From the NCBI GenBank assembly GCA_047495785.1, contig JBLDXI010000020.1, positions 1,984,001 to 2,048,000 of the forward strand: 64,000 bases of DNA. The letters are read 5' to 3'. How positions within the stretch are numbered: the stretch's first letter is position 1; every line of letters begins with the position of its first letter. A program made the translations under genes and the position numbers. Of the stretch, positions 1 to 8,093 are shown in pieces. The notes under the pieces were generated by a model. That model was not told the DNA's origin. It ran no database searches and worked only from the letters and a program-made list of their open reading frames with translations. This DNA is from Lepidodermella squamata (lineage: Eukaryota; Animalia; Gastrotricha).

Positions 1-1
1 C

Positions 2-919
2 AGCTGTCTCGACGCCTGTACCACAATTTCACCCCACAAAATCGTCTGCCCACTTGAATTCTGCGATATTTCCACGACACCAGACTGGCTACAACAGACC
101 GGCCTCGTCGCTGATTCCGAGCACGCCTTAGCTCTCGACCCCGTTATCAGCTCGAAAGCCGAGTTCAACTGGTGCGAACAAGCCAGCGATGTTGTGCGAC
201 TCAACCACAGCTCGTTCCTCCTTCAAAAACCGGCGGCTGTCTCACTCTGGCGCGTTAATGGCACCGCCAGAAAACAAATTTTTAGCCGAAAATATTCGCA
301 AAGTGGCCACATTTTCCACCTCTCTTGCAACCACATCATTAAAATTGGCGACCTCGAATTACACCCATCGGCCTTTGAATGCGACGAGGATCTGCGCCAA
401 GAGATACTAACGGTCACCGAGTCGGGTCGATTAAAGCTACTTGACCCCAATACCAGCGACTACCCGACCCAACACAGCAAAAATATCGATAAAATCGTCG
501 CCAGCCTTAAGGATTCAACCATGCGTGACGAGTTCAACCGGAATGATGCTACAACACTGCAGCTCGTCGAAAATATCAGCGCCAGCTCGGCCCAATTAGG
601 TCTCTTCACGCAGCTGATGAGTATCTACGTTGGACAAATCGGCTCCTCCAACGACACCAACTCAGCGCTGCTATCGATTCTCCCAACCGGAGCGAATTCT
701 CTCATACTGACACTGAACACCGTCGCAATCATTTACCTCATCTGCAATAGAAATCGCCCTTCAAACCCGCTCCAAATCCAGACAATAATGCCGACACTTC
801 AAGTCCCAACCGCCCCACAACCGCCAGGATACGAAATACCGTCAACGGCCATTCCGCTCGACAAAGCCAACGAAGCGGAACCAAAACCACAGCCGCGCAA
901 AAAGCGCTTCTACTATTGA
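2..919 (+). CDS. C-terminal part of a probable retroelement envelope-like (type I membrane) glycoprotein, 5'-truncated by the window edge
   Basis: The frame of ORF 194..919 is open back to base 2 (SCLDACTTISPHKIVCPLEFC...). It reads as a Cys-rich ectodomain with N-glycosylation sequons (NHS, NGT, NIS, NDT), a helical region, a hydrophobic segment (LILTLNTVAIIYLIC) and a Pro-rich tail. It is intronless, A/C-rich and followed by an LTR-like sequence. Confidence 0.5.
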   Translation, partial: SCLDACTTISPHKIVCPLEFCDISTTPDWLQQTGLVADSEHALALDPVISSKAEFNWCEQASDVVRLNHSSFLLQKPAAVSLWRVNGTARKQIFSRKYSQSGHIFHLSCNHIIKIGDLELHPSAFECDEDLRQEILTVTESGRLKLLDPNTSDYPTQHSKNIDKIVASLKDSTMRDEFNRNDATTLQLVENISASSAQLGLFTQLMSIYVGQIGSSNDTNSALLSILPTGANSLILTLNTVAIIYLICNRNRPSNPLQIQTIMPTLQVPTAPQPPGYEIPSTAIPLDKANEAEPKPQPRKKRFYY

Positions 920-1071
920 AAATCAAAATCACGAAGTTTTGTATATATATTTATCAGTGATCTTAATTATTGTAAATTCTCTCACAATACCATTTTCGAA
1001 TTTTTCTCTTGCCGTTATACTCCTTGCGTTTTCCCGCTTTCCAGGAGTAAAGCACCATTTCACCTGGGGAA

Positions 1072-1266
1072 TGTGCTATGCGGACGCGCGACACGCAAGT
1101 CGAGCGCGATTGGTCCGCATACCAACCAATAAGCGGCCTGCGTGCCGCAGTATAAATACCGAAACACAATAACAATAAAATGAGGAGTTTTGGATCATTT
1201 CTGCCTGACTGTTATTTACTCTTTATATCGAACCCGTGTGGTATCCGTACCGTGCCGGATATTACA
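1072..1266 (+). mobile_element. Putative 3' LTR of an LTR retrotransposon
   Basis: Begins TGT directly after a short purine run (GGGGAA, 1066-1071) and ends ...ATTACA. It contains TATAAATA (1151-1158) and AATAAA (1174-1179) in LTR order. The 5' LTR is outside the window, so the pair cannot be compared. Confidence 0.45.
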
Positions 1267-1386
1267 ATAATATAGGCTATACTACTAATTAATTTCGCCT
1301 CATTAAACTCTCCGGTCAACTCAATTATCGCAATATAAAACAGACAAATTCAAATTTATTCACAGAAATGCATATAAAAGTCTAAA

Positions 1387-1647
1387 CTAAGAGCGAAATA
1401 AAAATATTTTTCGGCCGGATCGTTTGCTTGGGATTGCTCGCGCGAAAATCGAGGACGCTCCAAGATCGGCTCCAGGATCAGCCTGCGGGACGTAGCCGTC
1501 GTCCTCCTCGCTGACTCTTATAGGCAAAGATTTCTCCGAATTGTCTTCATAGTCTTCGTATTCCATGTCATCATAAGAGCAGTAAGCGGGATGAATTGCA
1601 ATGAACGAGAACAAAAATAAAACCGTTAATAAAATGGAAAAATGCAT
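1387..1647 (-). CDS. Small secreted acidic peptide precursor, paralog 1 (86 aa)
   Basis: The ATG at 1647 gives a signal-like MHFSILLTVLFLFSFIAIHPAYC, then an acidic Tyr-rich segment, the motif VSEEDDGYVPQADPGADLG and a basic tail. The motif is shared with the ORF at 2041-2319. Confidence 0.7.
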   Translation of the reverse strand: MHFSILLTVLFLFSFIAIHPAYCSYDDMEYEDYEDNSEKSLPIRVSEEDDGYVPQADPGADLGASSIFARAIPSKRSGRKIFLFRS

Positions 1648-2040
1648 TTTTTTCGACAAAAACCTTCGCAAAAAACTGGCTAAAGTGACCTTGAAATGAG
1701 AGTGCCAGCGATGTCTAAACTTCAGGTGACCACGCATTATTAAAACTATACCCGCGAGAGTCATAAAAACGTAGAAAAACAGGGATATTGGGGAACTGTC
1801 CACCTGTAAATGAAACCTCGGGAGAGGTAATGACGGTAGCCTTTTCTTAATTTTATGCATAGGTACAAAGTAATTGAAAAAGGGATGGCTCTTCTGAAGC
1901 CCACTGAAATTTTCAAAAAGAATGGTCAGGAGTCAGGAAAATTACCCAGAAAGGCTGGTGACCAAAATTTTCTCTAAATTTATTTTATTTTTCAAAAAAA
2001 AAACGATCACAATTTTGCCGAATTTTGAGCAGCGGAGTTA

Positions 2041-2319
2041 TTATACATTGCCTTTGAAGATGTTTCTGAAGCGATTGCGCGGATTGTTAGGGGCGAAAAT
2101 TGAAAATATTCCGAAGTCGACACCTGTATCGGCTTGTGGCACGTAGCCATCATCTTCCTCACTTACAGCGACAGGCTTCAAACTGTTGTTGTTGACGTCG
2201 TCTTCGTAGCTAGGGTCATCGTCGTAATAATATTCCGAATCATCTTCCTTATCATCAGCAGCCGAAATTAGGCGGAATAAAACAGATGAAACAACAAGTA
2301 AAAGCCTAATTTGAATCAT
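2041..2319 (-). CDS. Small secreted acidic peptide precursor, paralog 2 (92 aa)
   Basis: Signal-like MIQIRLLLVVSSVLFRLISA, acidic DDKEDDSEYYYDDD, the motif VSEEDDGYVPQADTGVDFG..SIFA and an Arg-rich tail. Confidence 0.7.
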   Translation of the reverse strand: MIQIRLLLVVSSVLFRLISAADDKEDDSEYYYDDDPSYEDDVNNNSLKPVAVSEEDDGYVPQADTGVDFGIFSIFAPNNPRNRFRNIFKGNV

Positions 2320-2586
2320 GTTTTTCGAGAATTTTCCTCTTTTGTAAACATAAGAAATTGAATGGCTATGTCGACCTGAATAATTAATAGCTTTATGTGA
2401 CCTCCATCTTTATGATTATCCACAAAGGTTCGGTCATTATATTGCCCTCATGGGTATCATTAAACAACAATTTGGGTCAAATCACATTTCTTAACAACAT
2501 TGCGTTCATCTTCAAGTGCAAAAAGCAATGGGGAAAATAGGATCGAAAAAATAGTGACTCATCGAAATTAAACAATAATATTATTT

Positions 2587-3588
2587 TTATTGCATCTTTT
2601 TAGCATAAACATCAATAAGTTCCATTTGTTCAGAAATAACCGTCCAAAAAGCTGTCAGACTCGCGTCATCAATCTCTGACTGAAATCCACCACGATGTTC
2701 GATAATTTCAATGAAAAATGAAGTACCATCGATCAACGGATGGCATAATTTCTGTAAAATGGTTTCTTGGGGTCTTTTATCATTTAAATCAATCAGGACA
2801 CCAAGATCTTTCAATTTTTCGAAATCCGATAGCTCGCTAAAATTCTTGTTATCATAGTAGGATTCAGGTGGAATTGATTGAAAGGAGACTCCGCCTTGCT
2901 TCAACGCTGAGATGGCATAGGTAATATTCTTCACTCCCATTGCAATGTGGTAGAGCCCAAGTTCTTTGGTTGTTAGCTCAGTGAGAACAATTGAGAACGA
3001 CTTGTTACACCCAGGTGCAATTAGGATTTGTTGATGAGCGCCGGTATCTCCTTCAATTGCTTTGAAGCCGAAAACTCGCTGATACCAAGCGATAACTTGC
3101 GGCGAGCTTCCTTTACTCAGGGCAAAAGCAATGTGGTCGATATGCGTAAATGTACCCTCGAACGATAGATTTGAGTGGGTTTGGTCGAAATTCGGTGAAA
3201 AAGAGCCTTTGTAAGAGCCTTTCTCAATGAGCGAATGAGTGACATTCTTGACGCAAGATTCAACACTCAGTTTTCGAACTAGTCCATTGTTATCTTCGAT
3301 AGTCTCCGAATTGATGATTTCGATATTTTCACATCTTAGATGGCCATCCATAGCTGCCAGATCGTTGACCTCAAACGTCACATCGATCATCAAGTCGTTA
3401 GACCATTGACTCTTCGGATTGAATTCCGAAATCACAAAATAAATTTCATTGCTTGCCAAAACAGTTTGACGTAGCCCTGAACTGTCTCGACGAGCGACAG
3501 CCGTGAAGGCGTACTGATTCGTGAGCTGTTCGACGACAGTGTCGGCTTGAGTTGTTGCAATCTCGACGTGGTGCAGTCTAGTTATCAT
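2587..3588 (-). CDS. Divergent HPPD/HPDL-family (VOC fold) dioxygenase paralog, 333 aa, intronless
   Basis: Collinear with the adjacent HPDL-like ORF (RLHHVEI, HIDHIAF, YHIAM, FFIEIIE). It has internal deletions and lacks the GFGxGN motif. Confidence 0.85.
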   Translation of the reverse strand: MITRLHHVEIATTQADTVVEQLTNQYAFTAVARRDSSGLRQTVLASNEIYFVISEFNPKSQWSNDLMIDVTFEVNDLAAMDGHLRCENIEIINSETIEDNNGLVRKLSVESCVKNVTHSLIEKGSYKGSFSPNFDQTHSNLSFEGTFTHIDHIAFALSKGSSPQVIAWYQRVFGFKAIEGDTGAHQQILIAPGCNKSFSIVLTELTTKELGLYHIAMGVKNITYAISALKQGGVSFQSIPPESYYDNKNFSELSDFEKLKDLGVLIDLNDKRPQETILQKLCHPLIDGTSFFIEIIEHRGGFQSEIDDASLTAFWTVISEQMELIDVYAKKMQ

Positions 3589-3992
3589 TTAACACGATTG
3601 CGGTCTCAGAATTATTACGAAAAAACTGGGGGAGAGTTTTTGTAAGTAGAACGTGGCCGTTAAATCTCCTAATTCTATTAAGAATTCGCGTGGTACCTAT
3701 GTTTATGACAATTTCCAGGCTTTATTCTCGGCCTAAGTAAAGAGGAGTAGCTGTGCTATATGGTAGCCAACTCGATTTGACGGCTTCAACAACAACACGT
3801 ATTACACGGCGATTGTAGCCCTTTCATATGACATGTCACAGGGTCATGAGTATAAGGCGTATGAAATGAAAAAGCACTATAATGGTACCGTGTAAAAGCC
3901 CTTATTCACAATAAGCGGGTAACTAAACAGTCCGAAAGCGAACTTAAAAATCAAATCGTTTCAGTTAATTAGAAGATGGGTCTAATAATTCA

Positions 3993-5102
3993 TTAATCCT
4001 GTATAGCTTCAGCCCGCTCCAGTTGAGTGACCAAAGCCCTCCACAGAGCCGCGACATTGCCAGCCCCGAATCCCTTCGCGCCACCACGTCGCTCGATAAT
4101 CTCGAAGAAAAACGTCTCCCCAGTTCCTTCGTTCAAAGGTCGGCAAAACCTCTGCAAGATGAACTGACCAAATATGTCGCCCAACTGTTCGACGTCAATC
4201 AAAACCCCGAGCCTTATCAATTCAGCAACGTGGTTGAATTCCGAAAATGCCGTTTCCAGAGCTGTGTAATAAGCGTCAGGGGGATTAGGGACAAATTTCA
4301 CCCCAGCCTGCTCCAGCCAAGATAGTGTTTTCAAAATATTCGGAGCAGCCAAAGCAACGTGATGAACTCCAGGACCGCCATGGTGTTTTAAAAACAAATT
4401 TATGTTATTTTTCTCCCCATCTCCATTCGTTAAAACCGGCTCAGATAAGGCGAATGAAAAGGCAGGCTTGCAACGAGGTGCGATGATAGCTCGTAGCCTT
4501 AGTCCAGTATCTCCAGCCATTACGACATAACCATCCTTCTCAGTATCTTCAGGGTTAGCCAACATTCGCTTGAAACCTAGAACTCGACCGTACCATCTGA
4601 TGACTTCGTCCGATGCGCCTTCAGGCAATCCAAGCGCAACATGATCGATGTGCGAGTACAAATCTGATCTTGGTCTTGGATCTATAGAGCCAAAATAAGG
4701 CAAAAATCGTCCTTTATATTTTCTTTTGTCGATGAGAGTATGAACGACATCACCGACGCAAGATTGTATCGTGAGTTGTTGAACTATTCCATTTTCATCG
4801 AAATTCGTTTCGGAATGGATGATGTCGACATTTTGCGATTTCAAATGACTTTCTACTTCCGATAGGTCATCGACTTCGAACGCCACATTGTAGACAGAAT
4901 TGGGAGCTGCAAATGGGTAGAATTTTCCTGTATTAGCCTCGGTCACGATGACGTAGACTTTGTTGTAGGCCAAGACAGCTTGATGAATTCCTGAAACAGT
5001 ACGATGACCTATCGGAGTTAGGCCATACTGCCTAATCAATTGATCGATAACAAGTCCAGGCTCGGACGCTCCGATCTCAATGTGGTGCAATTTTTGGATC
5101 AT
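3993..5102 (-). CDS. HPDL: 4-hydroxyphenylpyruvate dioxygenase-like protein, intronless
   Basis: Fe-ligand motifs HIDHV, GGPGVHHVA and FFFEIIER, with C-terminal GFGAGNVAALWRAL typical of the HPDL branch. Met at 5102 aligns with the paralog start; the ORF extends upstream to 5267. Confidence 0.88.
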   Translation of the reverse strand: MIQKLHHIEIGASEPGLVIDQLIRQYGLTPIGHRTVSGIHQAVLAYNKVYVIVTEANTGKFYPFAAPNSVYNVAFEVDDLSEVESHLKSQNVDIIHSETNFDENGIVQQLTIQSCVGDVVHTLIDKRKYKGRFLPYFGSIDPRPRSDLYSHIDHVALGLPEGASDEVIRWYGRVLGFKRMLANPEDTEKDGYVVMAGDTGLRLRAIIAPRCKPAFSFALSEPVLTNGDGEKNNINLFLKHHGGPGVHHVALAAPNILKTLSWLEQAGVKFVPNPPDAYYTALETAFSEFNHVAELIRLGVLIDVEQLGDIFGQFILQRFCRPLNEGTGETFFFEIIERRGGAKGFGAGNVAALWRALVTQLERAEAIQD

Positions 5103-5359
5103 AGCTGAACAATGTAATAATTCACGCCCCAATTTTTGCCCTGGACAGAACTCGGTCACTTTTTTTAGCCTAATGCCTGCCAAAATTTTAGATGTTGACA
5201 TTCCAGCGTTTTCTCGCCCATTCTGTTTTCGACTTGTTGACATTTCAAAATGTAGACTTGAGAACAAACAAGGGCTTTGAAAAGATCGCGCACCTGGAAA
5301 AGTTCTCCAATTCTAGTAAATCAACTGAGGTGCCCAGGGTTGTGCAAACACATTTTTTG

Positions 5360-5380
5360 CCGGAAGTTGGTGTATAAAAG
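5360..5380 (+). promoter_or_regulatory. TATA box (TATAAAAG, 5373-5380) and ETS-like CCGGAAGT in the short divergent intergenic region
   Basis: Consensus TATA about 65 nt upstream of the methyltransferase ATG. Only about 340 bp separate the head-to-head HPDL and methyltransferase starts. Confidence 0.5.
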
Positions 5381-5444
5381 CGGGCGAAATCTTGATTTTC
5401 GAACATACCAACATCCTCGCAAGTCAAATTTTCAGCCTTGAAGA

Positions 5445-6509
5445 ATGGTGCTCGACCATCCGCCGCATGCCTCTATGCGAGAGGACTACAATGACAACTC
5501 GAAGAACCAGCTTGTCATGCTTAAAGACACGGCCGATTTCATCCGACTTGGTGTTAGGAGCCACAAGGGCCAGCTCCCGCCAAGCGACTTCCCATTCGTC
5601 ATCGTTGACTTTGGGGCAAGTACTGGCGAGAACAGCTCATGGGGCATGAATCTGATCATCTCGAAGCTGCGAGAAAAGTACGGTGAAGCTGCGATTCCGT
5701 CGATTCTGGTTATCCAAGAAGATGTCCCGCGTAACTATTGGGAGACGCTGTTCGACTACAACAACAAAAACATCACTTCTCTGACCCATCAAAATGCTGG
5801 TGTGATCCCTCTGGCAGCTGGTCGAAGCTTCTATTACAAGGTTCTGCCGGATAACTACGTTCAATTCGCGCTTTGCACGACTTCGGTTCACTGGATGTCG
5901 AAGAACCCGGTTAGCAGGATGCCCGCTGATTACATCTACAACGACGAGATTGTGGCTAAGTTCAAGAAACAAGCCGACCACGATTGGCGTAAATTTGTGA
6001 CCCTGCGATCGAAAGAGCTTGTCAAGGGTGGTATTTTGGTTGCCAGCGTCCTGACGTGCCGCGATGTTCAGCATCGAATGTACGAAGTTGCCTACAACGC
6101 TGCTGAGGAACTTGTTAAGCAAGGCGTCATGAATAAGGAAGAACATGAAAGGTTCCACGTCCCCTTCGTTTGGCGAACGGTAGAAGATATTGCGAGTTGC
6201 AGTGATCTCTACAAAGAACTTGGTCTCGAGGTTCTGGCTCTAGGCAATCTACCGGATAAGCCTCATTTCCTGTACGAACGATACCAGAAGCACCAAGACC
6301 GTAAGCTGTTTGCCGAGGAGTATGGAGATGCACTTGCTGCGATTATGGAGGAGTTCTTTGAGGATGCGCACGATGACTCGCGAGCTGAACATCACATGGC
6401 GGAGATCAGTGCCAAGTTGTGGGTGATTGTCAAGCAGAAGATCTACGAGGATCCTGAGCGCTTCGGTATTCCGTGGAGTTTGCTGGGCGTGGTTTTCCGC
6501 AAGCTTTGA
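5445..6509 (+). CDS. SABATH-family SAM-dependent carboxyl/N-methyltransferase (Methyltransf_7), intronless
   Basis: Family motifs IVDFGASTGENS, EDVPRNYWETLF, AGRSFYYKVLPDN, SVHWMSK and QADHDWRKFVTLRSKELVKGG. Confidence 0.92.
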   Translation: MVLDHPPHASMREDYNDNSKNQLVMLKDTADFIRLGVRSHKGQLPPSDFPFVIVDFGASTGENSSWGMNLIISKLREKYGEAAIPSILVIQEDVPRNYWETLFDYNNKNITSLTHQNAGVIPLAAGRSFYYKVLPDNYVQFALCTTSVHWMSKNPVSRMPADYIYNDEIVAKFKKQADHDWRKFVTLRSKELVKGGILVASVLTCRDVQHRMYEVAYNAAEELVKQGVMNKEEHERFHVPFVWRTVEDIASCSDLYKELGLEVLALGNLPDKPHFLYERYQKHQDRKLFAEEYGDALAAIMEEFFEDAHDDSRAEHHMAEISAKLWVIVKQKIYEDPERFGIPWSLLGVVFRKL

Positions 6510-7544
6510 AAAAAATCGAATCAATGCCTGAAAAACAGACAGAAGAAACTGATGACAAATGCTATTTTCACATATGTTTTCTGCCTATCTCATTTTATAA
6601 TTGATCGCACCCCTTAGAGAAAATCAACGGTAACTGACTTATAGATAGTGGAAATAAATAATAGAATAGTATTAGTAGCTCTTTCAGCCTGTTTGACAAT
6701 TTCATTATGTAGGTATCGTTTGAAGTCCACGCGTACCAAGAGGAACTTGCAACATCAATGTTATGTGTTGGCTACATGTTAATCAAGTCCAAAACGTGCT
6801 CTTTAGCTCTCTGGCATGCCCGCGCCCGACTGGGGAGCTCTGTTTTGTCTGTATGTATCGGGTCGCTTCAAATTCTGCCCGTACGCAACGTCTATGCCAG
6901 AGTTGTCAAAGGGCATGGCCGGGTTCGGGCGAGTACGGGTCTGGCTTCCGAAACCCGTCTTAAATTTCAAGTTATTCCGTAGCAAAACTTGATCTTGTAT
7001 CATCAACAATGCAAATTTTGAGTAGATTGTCTCTTTGAAGTTTTTGAGCAACGAGAACCAGACTTTCGTGTGATTTTTCTCTATCGGGCCGGGCCTCGAT
7101 TATTTGACCAATGATTTTTCGATAACCCTGGTCTATGCTAAATCGACTGATTTTAAACAACTCTCGCACGAGTGAACTCAAGCAACCGCAGGTGCCAACA
7201 TATTATATAACAAAAATAATAGAAGTAATATAGGATTAATATATACCAATAATAGTAGGTAAATATTATTGGTTAAACTAATAGATTATAGAAAATGTTC
7301 TTAATAAGTGAGATTTGTCTGCAATCGGGAGAAAACCCCTTACATTTTTGAACTAGTCTGTAATATTAAGACGGACACCGTGCCATTGCTCGCAAAAGCA
7401 GCTGGGCTGAGAAAGCCACGCAAATTAAAGCAAATATTAAAGCGCGCACAAATGTTCGCCGGCGTGCACAACAATGCAGTCCTATTAGGACAGAACATGT
7501 ATTTGGCCTAGGTCATAGAGAAAAAGTCGTGTCTTGTCAATGTC

Positions 7545-7835
7545 TTTTTTAATCCGACCAATGTCGTATTTCATTCGACAACCAAAAATGTGACTAAAAC
7601 CTGCCGACTTGCTTTTTCATATTTTCAAACAATTACAGTAAAAAAGTGACAACTCGGATCGCCATAAATCTTTCACCGAAAAATGCTGCCGGTTCAGAGG
7701 CCATAATAGTGTGCAGAAAGGGGTATGCCCCTACGGAAAAATCAAGAAAATCGATATTTTCATGTCGGATGATTTTAGTCACATTTTTGGTATTGTCGGA
7801 TGAAATAAGACATTGGTCGGATGAAAAAAGTCACA
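7545..7835. mobile_element. Foldback/MITE-like element
   Basis: Imperfect inverted arms: atccgaccaatgtcgtatttcattcgacaaccaaaaatgtgactaaaa and ttttagtcacatttttggtattgtcggatgaaataagacattggtcggat. Confidence 0.65.
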
Positions 7836-7867
7836 CCCGAATAAAATCGAGTGCTTCTCAAAACGAA

Positions 7868-8093
7868 TCTCCGTTGTTCACCAAATTTTGCACGCATATA
7901 GAACGCGAGCCGCTCTTTCACGTGGTATAAGAATTGAGGCGGGTAATTGCTGCTCAGTCTTGATCAAACTAATGAAACCATAGTGAAAAAGGAGTTCTTG
8001 TATCGTTACAAAGGTAGGGTTGCCCACCTCAAATCGTATACCACGTGAAAGAGCAGCTCGCTATGCATGCAAAATTTGGTGAACAGCGGAGAT
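7868..8093. mobile_element. Foldback/MITE-like element
   Basis: About 60-bp inverted arms: tctccgttgttcaccaaattttgca...tttcacgtggtata and tataccacgtgaaa...tgcaaaatttggtgaacagcggaga. Confidence 0.65.

Noticed and set aside
1648-1860. Longer 157-aa version of peptide precursor 1
   Set aside because: The paralog and the signal-peptide position support the downstream ATG at 1647.
5103-5267. N-terminal extension of HPDL as a mitochondrial targeting peptide
   Set aside because: The frame is open with upstream Met codons, but the paralog starts at the equivalent of Met 5102 and the region overlaps the divergent promoter; left unresolved and not called.
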